A DNA stretch of 64,000 bases from an uncultured Pseudomonadota bacterium (lineage in GTDB: Bacteria; Myxococcota_A; UBA796; SXON01): the NCBI GenBank assembly GCA_903885375.1, contig CAISIK010000054.1:72789-136788 (forward strand), in the 5' to 3' direction. A program made the position numbers and the translations under genes. The notes beneath the pieces are model-generated. The model saw only the letters and a program-made list of their open reading frames with translations, searched no databases and was not told the DNA's origin. Shown here piece after piece: positions 7,780 to 16,403 of the stretch. Each line of letters begins with the position of its first letter. Within the stretch, counting starts at the first letter, position 1.

Positions 7780-8811
7780 CTACCGCACTCCGGCCTCCGG
7801 GGGCAACGAGGCGATCGCCATCGCGGTGCCAAGCGTGCGGTCGGGCGCCGCGCGGGCCGCGAGCGTGTAGCTGGTGGGGCCCACGCGCCAGCTCACCCAG
7901 GACACCTCCCCCACCCGGGTGGGGCGCGTGATCTCGCCCTCCGGCACCCCCGCGAGGCCGCCCATCCGGTGCTGCAGGGAGAAGGTGACGTCGAGGTTCT
8001 CGTAGGTCAAGACGGCGCCGCCTTCATCCACGCCGAAGCCCACGCGCTCCAGGCCCAGCGTGCGCAGGTCGGGGCAGTCCCGGAGGAGCTCCGGCAACGA
8101 CTCGGCCGCAGGAAGGCACGACGCGGGCGGGGAAAGTTTCGGGCGGGCGAGCGCGCGCTGGTGCACCCGAAGCGGAACCGGCGCCCGCACCACCCAGGCA
8201 GCGGCCACCAGGGAGCCCACCAGCAATCCCCCGAACAAGGCCACCAGCCGGAAGGGGGTGGCGCGGCGCGGTGGCGCGTGACGGCTGGCGGGCTCCGATC
8301 CGGGCGGAAACAGCAGGGCCTCGGCGGGCGGCGTGCGCATGAGCGCGGTGTGTACGAGCAGGCGGGCGTCGGTGTCCTCCGCCGGCTCGAGGAGGCGGTA
8401 GGCCTCGCGGAGACGCGGGTCGGGCGGCGTCCAGTCGAAGAAGAGGTCCACGAGGTAGGCGAGCCGGGTGGAAGCCGGGATGGCGCGTACACCGGCCTCG
8501 TCGGGCGTGAGCGGGCCGGCGGGCAGGGGGCCACCCGCGGCGAACGAGCCCAGCGCGTGCGCGTAGAGCGCTTCGCCCACCTGCGGGCCAAGCGGACGAT
8601 CCGCGTGGAGCCGCCCCGCGCGCTCGTGAAGGTCGAGCCGGAAGGAAGCCATCCACCCGATGGCCTCCGAATCACGCTCGACCATGGCCCGGAAAACCGA
8701 CCACATCGCGCCCGCCTGGGCGTTCCAGAGCTGCAGAAAAGCCGCCCCGCCGTAGCCGGACTTCAACGCCCGCACGAGGCGGAACTCGGCGAGGTCGAGC
8801 GGCGCGGCCAT
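7780..8811 (-). CDS. Single-pass membrane protein with a helical cytoplasmic N-domain (degenerate ECF-sigma-like?) and an extracytoplasmic C-domain
   Basis: Track ORF 7780..9939 trimmed to Met-377 (top coordinate 8811); the upstream part is antisense to the phosphoesterase gene. TM segment is FRLVALFGGLLVGSLVAAAWVV. The gene ends 24 nt upstream of pilB. Confidence 0.6.
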   Translation of the reverse strand: MAAPLDLAEFRLVRALKSGYGGAAFLQLWNAQAGAMWSVFRAMVERDSEAIGWMASFRLDLHERAGRLHADRPLGPQVGEALYAHALGSFAAGGPLPAGPLTPDEAGVRAIPASTRLAYLVDLFFDWTPPDPRLREAYRLLEPAEDTDARLLVHTALMRTPPAEALLFPPGSEPASRHAPPRRATPFRLVALFGGLLVGSLVAAAWVVRAPVPLRVHQRALARPKLSPPASCLPAAESLPELLRDCPDLRTLGLERVGFGVDEGGAVLTYENLDVTFSLQHRMGGLAGVPEGEITRPTRVGEVSWVSWRVGPTSYTLAARAAPDRTLGTAMAIASLPPEAGVR

Positions 8812-8862
8812 TGGTTCGCCTCGAAGATAGCGCACACGCCACGGCCGTGTCACGATTGAACC

Positions 8863-9894
8863 GTGCTCACGATCGTCGCGTTCCTGTTGGCGTGTTCGCC
8901 CTCCACCGAAGGCGGCCGCGCCGCCTGGCGCGACAACGCCCCGACCCCGGGCCCCGACCCGGCGCTCGCCGCCGCCGGCGTGGGCGCACCGGTGGCCAGC
9001 GCGAGCCACGCCGCCGACGACACCGTCGTCCTGCGCCCAGCGTCCGACGTCGTGCGCTTCGTGGCGCTCGGCGATGCTGGCATGGGCGACCGGAACCAGT
9101 ACGCCGTGGCCAACGCGATGACCGAGGTTTGCGCCCGGAATGGCTGCGACTTCGCCATCCACCTCGGCGACAACATCTACAACTCGGGCGCCGACCACGT
9201 GGACGACCCGCAGTTCGACGAGAAATTCGAGATTCCCTACGCGAACGTGGACTTCCCCTTCTACCCGGCGCTCGGCAACCACGACTATGGAGCGGGTGGC
9301 GCCGGCTACGAGTTCTGGAAGTGGGAATACTACGTGGACTACAGCGAGCGGTCCGACAAGTGGGTGTTCCCGGCGCGGTACTACCGGGTGGACGCCGGGG
9401 TGGTCGAGCTCTACGCGCTCGACAGCAACGCCATCGTGTGGGGCATGATGGAGGACCAGATCGCGTGGTTGAACGACCGCGTGTCCCGCTCCACCGCCGC
9501 CTGGACCATCGCCTATGGGCACCACCCCTACCTGAGCAACGGCTCCCACGGCAACGCCGGCAGCTACGACGGCCACGAGTCGGGCGGCACCGATCCCATC
9601 GGCGAGGGCGCCTACCTGAAGGAAGCCATGGAGACGGCGGTATGCGGGAAGATCGACCTGTACCTGTGCGGGCACGACCACAACCTGCAGTGGGCCTCGG
9701 AGACGTGCGGCGGCACCGAGTTCGTGGTTTCGGGCGCGGCGGGCAAGGTCAGCAGCCTCTACGGCGACAACGACACCCTCTTCGAGAAGGCCTCGCTGGG
9801 CTTCCTTTGGGTGGAGGTCACCTCCACCCAGCTCACCGGCGTGTTCTACGATGACGACGGCGACGAGCTCTTCCGCCGCACCCTGCAGAAGTGA
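8863..9894 (+). CDS. Calcineurin-like metallophosphoesterase lipoprotein (purple acid phosphatase-like)
   Basis: GTG start and lipobox FLLACS. Motifs GDAGMG, GDNIY, GNHDY, GHHPY and CGHDHNLQ are all present in canonical order. Confidence 0.85.
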   Translation: MLTIVAFLLACSPSTEGGRAAWRDNAPTPGPDPALAAAGVGAPVASASHAADDTVVLRPASDVVRFVALGDAGMGDRNQYAVANAMTEVCARNGCDFAIHLGDNIYNSGADHVDDPQFDEKFEIPYANVDFPFYPALGNHDYGAGGAGYEFWKWEYYVDYSERSDKWVFPARYYRVDAGVVELYALDSNAIVWGMMEDQIAWLNDRVSRSTAAWTIAYGHHPYLSNGSHGNAGSYDGHESGGTDPIGEGAYLKEAMETAVCGKIDLYLCGHDHNLQWASETCGGTEFVVSGAAGKVSSLYGDNDTLFEKASLGFLWVEVTSTQLTGVFYDDDGDELFRRTLQK

Positions 9895-9895
9895 G

Positions 9896-10999
9896 CTAGG
9901 GCGGCAGGCCGCCGCCACCGAGGTTGGGGCCGTCGTCATCCCCGCAACACTGCACGATCAGCGACGACCCCTCGGACACGTAGGCGCCGCCGAGGGGATC
10001 GGCCCACAGCACCGTGGACGAGTAGCCCACCTCGCGACCGGAGCACGGGCCGGCGTAGGTGAGCCGGTAACGCAGGCTCACCTCGCCGTACGCGGTGTCC
10101 TTGCTGGTGTCGGCGGGCTCCACCGCAGCGTCGGCCTTGACGAGCCACGAGAGGGTCTGCCCCCCGTCGGCCTCGACCGAGCTGGCGTCGGGGGCGGGTG
10201 AGCCCGCGGAGACGACCCAGCCCGGCGGCACCCGCTCGGTCACCCGGGCCTCGCCGGCCACCCGCCCGAGGTTCGTGACCTCGAGGGTGACATCGACCGT
10301 CTGGCCGCCGCGCACCTCGAACCAGTTCATGCTCCGGCCCACCACGAAGACGGGCGACTCCGCGATGTAGTCCCAGACGTTGTGCTGCGTCTGGGGGAGG
10401 CCATCCTCGGGGTGGGTGTCGGTGTGGTCCTCGGCGGCGTCGGCATCCTCGTCGGAGGCGGACTGCGCCCACTCCCCCGGCAGCTCCGGGGCCCGCGCAC
10501 CGTTGAAGGAGTAGCCCGAGCCCGTGTTGGTGTACTGGTTGTGCTCGACGCACCACCACGCCTCGGTGTCCGTGCCCCAATCGCCGTAGGGGAGCGTCAC
10601 GCCGCTGCCAGCCTCGATCTCGGAGGCGCCCGTGGTGCCGGCGATGGCATCCTGCGAGGTCTCGCTGAGGAAGGTGTACCAAGCCTCGAAACAGATGGCG
10701 TAGGGCCCGATGTTCTCGACCTCGAGGCCCCAACTGCCGTACTGGATCGTGGCGAAGCCGCGGTCGTGCGCCTCGGCGAGCTCGATGCACGCCTCGGGTT
10801 CGCACAGGCCGAGGTCGTCGTTGTCATCCTCGGGGAGCTCGACCGCGGCCGTGCCGCTGTCCTCGGCCTCCTCCTCCCACTCGGGCCACGCCTCGGCCGA
10901 GGAGCCGGTATCCACCTTGCTCCCCACCGACGGGCACCCCAACGCGAGGAGCAGGATCACGAGCCCTCCCGCCCGGACGATAGCACCGACCCCGTTCAA
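9896..10999 (-). CDS. Acidic lipoprotein with a C-terminal DUF11/CARDB-like beta-sandwich
   Basis: Lipobox LLLALGC. The C-terminal TVDVTLEVTNLGRVAGEARVTERVPPGW pattern is typical of DUF11-type Ig-like domains. Its start overlaps the stop of the giant upstream gene by 4 nt. Confidence 0.65.
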   Translation of the reverse strand: MNGVGAIVRAGGLVILLLALGCPSVGSKVDTGSSAEAWPEWEEEAEDSGTAAVELPEDDNDDLGLCEPEACIELAEAHDRGFATIQYGSWGLEVENIGPYAICFEAWYTFLSETSQDAIAGTTGASEIEAGSGVTLPYGDWGTDTEAWWCVEHNQYTNTGSGYSFNGARAPELPGEWAQSASDEDADAAEDHTDTHPEDGLPQTQHNVWDYIAESPVFVVGRSMNWFEVRGGQTVDVTLEVTNLGRVAGEARVTERVPPGWVVSAGSPAPDASSVEADGGQTLSWLVKADAAVEPADTSKDTAYGEVSLRYRLTYAGPCSGREVGYSSTVLWADPLGGAYVSEGSSLIVQCCGDDDGPNLGGGGLPP

Positions 11000-13900
11000 T
11001 CGCCCGTACCGAGGTACAGGAACACCGAGCCGGTGTTCGAGGTGCCGCCGTAGTCGTAGTTGTTCACGCCGATGAGCAGGTCATCGAAGCCGTCGGCGTT
11101 GGTGTCGCCCACGAAGGCCGCCTGGCCTGCGGCCGCGTCGTTGGCCGCCACGCCGGTGATGGTGAGGTCGGCGCCCGAGACAATGCGCGACCCGGAGGAG
11201 ATCGGGCCGTACCAGAGGAAGGCCCCACCCGCGGCAGAAGCCGGGGAGTCCCAGCCCGTGGCACCGACCAGCACGTCGTCGTGGCCATCGCCGTCGAGAT
11301 CGCCGTTGCCATCTACCGAGCGCCCCACGAAGTCCGAGGCGGCGGTGCCGCTGAAGGAAGCATGCGCGGCGCTGGTGGAGCCCGACGAGATCGGGGAGAG
11401 GAAAACGTAGGCCGTACCCACAGGCACCGAGCTCGACGCGTTGCTGCCGTCAGCACCCACGACCAGGTCGTCATCGCCATCCCCATCCACGTCGCCGGCG
11501 TTGGCGATGGAGCGGCCGAGGGTGGCGTTGGTGCTGGCGCCGGAGAGCGTGTAGTCGACGGCGCTGGAGATGGCGCCGGAGGCCGGGAGGCTGCTCCCGC
11601 CGGCGATGATGTAAACCGCACCGGAGTCGGTGAAGCCGCCCTGGTCGGCCTTGTAGGCGCCGATGAGCACCTCCCCGATGCCATCGCCATCGAGGTCGGG
11701 GTGCATCCCCACGGTCTGGCCGAGCTGATCGCTGGCTACGAGGCCGGTCCAGGTGCGAACGCTCGCGGAGGTGAGCGCGTAGTCGCCGCTGGCGAGGCCG
11801 CCGAAGGCCACGGTGGCAGCGCCGGCGTTGCTGATCGCCGAGGGATCGTAGCCGTAGGCGCCCGCGATCACGTCGGGCACCGAGTCGTCGTTCACGTCGA
11901 CGCCGCCGGCCACGTCGAAGCCGAGGCTGTCGCTGGACGCGACGCCCACGAGCCGCACGATCGCGTCCGAGGAGGCGCGGGTGAGCGAGGTGCTGGCGGG
12001 GCTCGAGAACAGGATGGCCTCGCCCGCCGCGCCCGCCCCGGAGGACGAGGTGCCGGCCCGGGTGTTCGGGGCACCCACGAAGACGTCGATCGCGCCGTCG
12101 TTGTCGAAGTCGCCGGCCTCCGAGAGCTGGTAGCCGAGGTAGTCCGCGCTGGAGTTCTTGCGCACGCCGGTCATGACGGCGTAGGGCGAGGTGCCCGCGA
12201 TCTCGAGCCCGGAGGTGACGCCCCCCCGGTAGATGTAGGCCGCGCCCACGTCGGCGCCGGCCGTGCTGTCCACGAGGTAGCCGGCGAAGAACAGGTCGTC
12301 CTTGCCGTCGGCGTCCACGTCGCCCACGCGGGCCACGGCGAAGCCGAGGGCGTCGCTGGCGGTGGTGCGCACGAACTGCGCGTCGTCGATCGCGGTCACC
12401 GTGGAGGTGCCGGAGAGCGCACAGTCATCGGTGGCGGTGTCGCAGTCGTTCACGAGGTTGTCCTCGCAGACCGCCGGCGCGCCGGGGTACACGGCGCCTT
12501 CGGTGTCATCGCAATCGCTGTCGTCGGCCGTGCGGCCCACGGGGGCCGTGCAGGTCGCGACCGAGTCGCTGGCATCGCCGAAGCCATCGCCGTCGGCGTC
12601 CGCGTACCAGGTGGACTCGCCCGTGACACCAGGATCCGAATCGTCCGCCGCCCCGGAGCAGTCCTCGTCGACATCCAGCGGGTCGCACACCTCGGTGGCG
12701 GCCGGGTTCACGCCCACGGCGCCGTCGTTACAATCGGTGCTGTCGGCGGTGTAGCCGGCGGGCACGGTGCATGCGAGCGAGGTCGTGGCGAGGTCGCCGT
12801 AGCCGTCGCCGTCGCCGTCGGCGTACCAGGTGGAGCGGCCGGTCACGCCGGCATCGGCGTCGTCCGCCGCCCCGGAGCAATCCTCGTCCACATCGAGCGG
12901 GTCGCACACCTCGGTGGCGCCGGGGTTCACGGCGGCGGCTGCATCGTTGCAGTCGGCGCTGTCGGACGTGTAGCCGGCAGGCACCGTGCACGCGAGGCTC
13001 GTGACGGCGGCGTTGCCGTAGCTGTCGCCATCGCTGTCGGCGTACCAGGTGGAGCGGCCGGTCACGCCCGCGTCGGCGTCGTCGGCCGCGCCGGAGCAGT
13101 CCTCGTCGACATCCAGCGGGTCGCACTCCTCGGTGGCGCCGGGGTTCACTGCGGCCACTGCATCGTTGCAGTCGGCGCTGTCGGCCGTGTAGCCGACGGG
13201 TGCGGAGCACGCGAGCCGCGTGACGCCGAGCGCGCCGTAGGTGTCGCCATCGCTGTCGGCGTACCAGGTGGAGCGGCCGGTCACGCCGGCGTCGGCATCG
13301 TCGGCGGTGCCGGTGCAGTCCTCATCGACATCCAGCGGGTCGCACACCTCGGTGGCGCCCGGGTTCACGGCGGCGCGGGCATCGTTGCAGTCGGTGTCGT
13401 CGGCGACGAAGCCGGAAGGCGCATCGCAGGCCATGGTGATCGTGAGGGCATCGCCGTAGCCGTCGCCGTCGCCGTCGCCGTACCAGGTCAACGCGTCGAT
13501 CGCGCTGTCCTCGTCGATGTCGCCGTCGCAGTCGTCGTCATCGCCGTCGCACAGCTCGTCGGCGCCGGGGAACTCGGCGTCGTCCCCGTCGTCGCAGTCC
13601 GTGGCGTCGGTGACGTAGTCCGAAGGCTCGTCGCAGAGGCTGAGGTGCTCGGCGGCATCGCCGTAGCCGTCGGCGTCGAGGTCGGCGTACCAGTCGGTCA
13701 TGCCGGTGGCGGCCGGGTCGCCGTCGTCGGCGAGGCCGGAGCAATCCTCGTCGGTGTTCGCGCCGTCGCAAACCTCGGTGGCGGCGGGGTTCACCGCCAC
13801 GTCGGCGTCGTTGCAGTCGGTGGCATCGGGCACGAAGCCGGCGGGCCGGGTGCAGGCCACGTCGGCCACGGCAGCATTGCCGTACCCATCGGTGTCGGCG

Positions 13901-15642
13901 TCGGCGTACCAGGTGGCCGCGTCCACGGCGCTGTCCTCGTCGACCGTGCCATCGCAGTTGTCGTCGTCGCCATCGCAGGTCTCGGGGGCGCCGGGGTACT
14001 CGGCGGCATCCCCATCGTCACAATCGGTGGAGAAGGCGCTGTAGGCGGCGGGCTCCTCGCAAGCGAGCACGACGATGTCGGCATCGCCGAAGCCATCGCC
14101 ATCGCTGTCGGCGTACCAGGACAGGGCGTCGAGCGCGCTGCCCTCATCCACGGTGCCATCGCAGTTGTCGTCGAGGCCGTTGCAGCGCTCGTCGCCGGCC
14201 GGGCTCACCGCGCCGTCGGTGTCGTCACAGTCCTGATCGTCGGCAGTGAACCCGGCGGGCACGAGGCAGGAGACGGCGGCGTTGGCGGCATCGCCGTAGC
14301 CGTCGCCATCGAGGTCGGCGTACCAGGTGGAGGCATCGACCGCGCTGTCCTCGTCCACCTCGCCATCGCAGTCGTCGTCGTCGCCATCGCAGCGCTCGTC
14401 GGCGCCGGGGAACTCGGTGCCGTCGGTGTCGTCGCAGTCGGTGGCATCGGCCACGTAGCCAGCGCTCACCGAGCAGGCGATCACGGCGGCGGCGGCATCG
14501 CCGTACCCATCGGCGTCGGCGTCGGCGTACCAGGTCGGGGCATCGATGGCGCTGGCCTCGTCGACCTCGCCATCGCAGTCGTCGTCGTCACCATCGCAGC
14601 GCTCGTCGGCCCCGGGGAACTCGGTGCCGTCGGAGTCATCGCAGTCCGTGGCGTCGCTGACGTAGCCGGCCGGGGCCGCGCAGGCCGTGGTGGGGGTGGC
14701 GGCATCGCCGAAGGTGTCGGCATCGCCGTCGGCGTAGAAGGTCAGGGCGTCGACCGAGGTGTCCTCGTCGATTGCGCCGTCGCAGTTGTCGTCCTCGCCG
14801 TTGCAGGACTCGGTCGCGCCCGGGTAGGTCGCGGGGTTGCTGTCGTCGCACTCCTCGCAGGCAGCGAGGCCGTCCCCATCGGCATCGGCGTAGCCGACGG
14901 AGCCATCGCAGTTGTAGTCGGTGGGGTCCGCGCAGTTCTCCTCCGAGGCCGAGGGGTGGACATCCGGCGCGTCGTCGTTGCAATCGCCGGCCACGGCGGC
15001 GTAGCCCTCCGGCTGATCGCACGCGGACAGCGTGACGTCGGTGCCGTACCCGTCGGCGTCGCCATCCTCGTACCAGACCGTGGCGTCCGCCGAGTCGTCC
15101 ACCACCGAGTTGCAGTCATCGTCCTCGCCGTTGCACACCTCGACGGCGCCCGGGTGACGCGCCCCATCCGCGTCGTCGCAGTCCTCGCACGCAGGGGCGC
15201 CATCGCCGTCGTCATCCGCAAAACCCGACGACCCATCGCAGTTGTAGTCGGCGGGGTCGGTGCAGTCGTCCTCCACCGCGTCGGGGTGGTAGGCCGCATC
15301 AGCGTCGTTGCAGTCGCCCGCTACCGCCACGAACCCGGTGGGCGCATCACACGCGGTCACGGGCTGGGCGGGGTCGCCCGAACCATCGTTGTCGGCATCG
15401 GCGTACCAAACCGTCGCGTCGGCGGCACCGTCGTCGACCTCGCCGTCACAATCGTTGTCCAGGCCATCACAAAGCTCGGCGGCGCCCTCGTGGATCGTGC
15501 CGTCCTCGTCGTTGCAATCCTCGGCGCCCGTGAACCCGTCGCCATCCACATCGGGGGCCAGACCGCTGTCCTCCTTGTCGGTGCCGGGAGTCGACGCCAC
15601 GGGGCAGCCGGTGGCGAGGAGGAGCAGGACGAAAAGTCGCAT
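10996..15642 (-). CDS. Giant lipoprotein: about 17 Cys/Asp-rich 'putative metal-binding motif' (MopE-like) modules followed by FG-GAP (integrin-alpha-like) repeats
   Basis: Lipobox LLLLATGC. Modules of the form CxDxDxxxxPGAxExCDGxDxDCDGxxDE...WYADxDGDGYG repeat through roughly residues 40-1070. The C-terminal third has GDVDADGKDDL, GDFDNDGAIDV, PDLDGDGIGEV, GDVDGDGDDDL, GDLDGDGHDDV and GDTNADGFDDL FG-GAP motifs. Confidence 0.85.
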   Translation of the reverse strand: MRLFVLLLLATGCPVASTPGTDKEDSGLAPDVDGDGFTGAEDCNDEDGTIHEGAAELCDGLDNDCDGEVDDGAADATVWYADADNDGSGDPAQPVTACDAPTGFVAVAGDCNDADAAYHPDAVEDDCTDPADYNCDGSSGFADDDGDGAPACEDCDDADGARHPGAVEVCNGEDDDCNSVVDDSADATVWYEDGDADGYGTDVTLSACDQPEGYAAVAGDCNDDAPDVHPSASEENCADPTDYNCDGSVGYADADGDGLAACEECDDSNPATYPGATESCNGEDDNCDGAIDEDTSVDALTFYADGDADTFGDAATPTTACAAPAGYVSDATDCDDSDGTEFPGADERCDGDDDDCDGEVDEASAIDAPTWYADADADGYGDAAAAVIACSVSAGYVADATDCDDTDGTEFPGADERCDGDDDDCDGEVDEDSAVDASTWYADLDGDGYGDAANAAVSCLVPAGFTADDQDCDDTDGAVSPAGDERCNGLDDNCDGTVDEGSALDALSWYADSDGDGFGDADIVVLACEEPAAYSAFSTDCDDGDAAEYPGAPETCDGDDDNCDGTVDEDSAVDAATWYADADTDGYGNAAVADVACTRPAGFVPDATDCNDADVAVNPAATEVCDGANTDEDCSGLADDGDPAATGMTDWYADLDADGYGDAAEHLSLCDEPSDYVTDATDCDDGDDAEFPGADELCDGDDDDCDGDIDEDSAIDALTWYGDGDGDGYGDALTITMACDAPSGFVADDTDCNDARAAVNPGATEVCDPLDVDEDCTGTADDADAGVTGRSTWYADSDGDTYGALGVTRLACSAPVGYTADSADCNDAVAAVNPGATEECDPLDVDEDCSGAADDADAGVTGRSTWYADSDGDSYGNAAVTSLACTVPAGYTSDSADCNDAAAAVNPGATEVCDPLDVDEDCSGAADDADAGVTGRSTWYADGDGDGYGDLATTSLACTVPAGYTADSTDCNDGAVGVNPAATEVCDPLDVDEDCSGAADDSDPGVTGESTWYADADGDGFGDASDSVATCTAPVGRTADDSDCDDTEGAVYPGAPAVCEDNLVNDCDTATDDCALSGTSTVTAIDDAQFVRTTASDALGFAVARVGDVDADGKDDLFFAGYLVDSTAGADVGAAYIYRGGVTSGLEIAGTSPYAVMTGVRKNSSADYLGYQLSEAGDFDNDGAIDVFVGAPNTRAGTSSSGAGAAGEAILFSSPASTSLTRASSDAIVRLVGVASSDSLGFDVAGGVDVNDDSVPDVIAGAYGYDPSAISNAGAATVAFGGLASGDYALTSASVRTWTGLVASDQLGQTVGMHPDLDGDGIGEVLIGAYKADQGGFTDSGAVYIIAGGSSLPASGAISSAVDYTLSGASTNATLGRSIANAGDVDGDGDDDLVVGADGSNASSSVPVGTAYVFLSPISSGSTSAAHASFSGTAASDFVGRSVDGNGDLDGDGHDDVLVGATGWDSPASAAGGAFLWYGPISSGSRIVSGADLTITGVAANDAAAGQAAFVGDTNADGFDDLLIGVNNYDYGGTSNTGSVFLYLGTGD
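12545..13440 (-). repeat. Four tandem, highly similar 219-nt (73-codon) in-frame coding repeats inside the giant lipoprotein gene
   Basis: The landmark string gtaccaggtgga recurs at 12604, 12823, 13042 and 13261, an exact 219-nt period. It appears again in degenerate form at 13480. The copies encode CND..AAVNPGATE.CDPLDVDEDCSGAADDADAGVTGRSTWYADSDGD.YG... Boundaries are approximate. Confidence 0.8.
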
Positions 15643-15710
15643 GGGGAGCCCGTGAGGACCGCGACGTTAGCCCCGCTTCCGGGCAACCGCAACCGGCGTT
15701 CGGGTGACGT

Positions 15711-16403
15711 TCAGGGCACGGGGATCGGCAGCGGCCGACCTTCGGTAATCGCACCTACCAGGTCGAGGGTCAAGAGGGAGGGGTGTCCCGACCACACCAG
15801 CATCCCCTCGCGCACGAAGGCGATGTGCGGCACGCCGGCCACGCCGTAGGCTTCCGACACGCTGCCATCCTCGCGCCCGATGGGGAAGCCCACCTGCCCC
15901 GCGGTAACGAACTCCGCGAGGTCGGCCTCGGTGGCGCCGCGGGACATGGCGGTGATCCCCACCACGGTGAGCCCGCGCGGCTCGTACTCGCGGCGGAGGA
16001 GCTCCACCTGCGGCACATCGGCCCGACAGTGCGGGCACCACGGCTCGAAGAAGACGATCAGGGTGGCGGCGCGCGGAGCCGCCGGCTCCCCCGGCCAAAG
16101 CACGGATTCGAGCGAAGGCGCCGCTTTGCCCATGCGCTCGAGCGCATTCTTCCAGTCCACGAGCACCGACCCGGCGCGCGATTCCGGAAACTGCCGATCG
16201 AACTCGGCGAGCAGGGCCAGCGCACCTGGCGCATCGGCGCTGGCGTAGGCGACGGCGATGCGTCCGAAGAGCGCCTCCTCGGCGGTGGCCGGCGTGGAGT
16301 CGGCGGGGGCGGCCTCGGCGGGGGCGACCTCGGCGGGGGGGGCGGGAGCCGTCACCGGCGGCACCGGCCGCGGCACGCAGGCGAGCAGCCACCACAGCGC
16401 CAT
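15711..16403 (-). CDS. TlpA-like periplasmic thiol:disulfide oxidoreductase (thioredoxin fold)
   Basis: Track ORF trimmed to Met-21 (MALWWLLAC), whose ATG overlaps the upstream stop (ATGA). WCPHC active site, then GVAGVPHIAFV, a typical redoxin cis-Pro region. Confidence 0.8.
   Translation of the reverse strand: MALWWLLACVPRPVPPVTAPAPPAEVAPAEAAPADSTPATAEEALFGRIAVAYASADAPGALALLAEFDRQFPESRAGSVLVDWKNALERMGKAAPSLESVLWPGEPAAPRAATLIVFFEPWCPHCRADVPQVELLRREYEPRGLTVVGITAMSRGATEADLAEFVTAGQVGFPIGREDGSVSEAYGVAGVPHIAFVREGMLVWSGHPSLLTLDLVGAITEGRPLPIPVP

Noticed and set aside
5881-8859. 992-aa plus-strand ORF, and the neighbouring 4199..6199 ORF (666 aa).
   Set aside because: They are antisense to pilB, the sulfatase-fold gene and the membrane protein. 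They have no recognisable domains and an Arg/Gly/His/Val-biased composition.
8812-9939. N-terminal 376 codons of track ORF 7780..9939. Similar upstream extensions occur in ORFs 3940..5070, 39711..43325, 38236..39858, 45306..46106, 53309..54049 and 16529..17845.
   Set aside because: The extensions run antisense to, or in an alternate frame of, neighbouring real genes. In each case an internal start gives a proper signal peptide or lipobox, and usually a 4-nt overlap with the upstream stop.
12420-15560. Regular repeats that could suggest a CRISPR-like or satellite array.
   Set aside because: The repeats are in-frame protein modules (~70-73 codons) with no unique-spacer structure and no cas genes. 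They are fully explained as coding repeats.
11281-15849. 1522-aa plus-strand ORF spanning the whole giant-lipoprotein locus.
   Set aside because: It is antisense to a gene with clear lipobox, repeat and FG-GAP motifs. Its translation is V/G/A/R/H-rich with no motifs, which is typical of open antisense frames in ~70% GC DNA.
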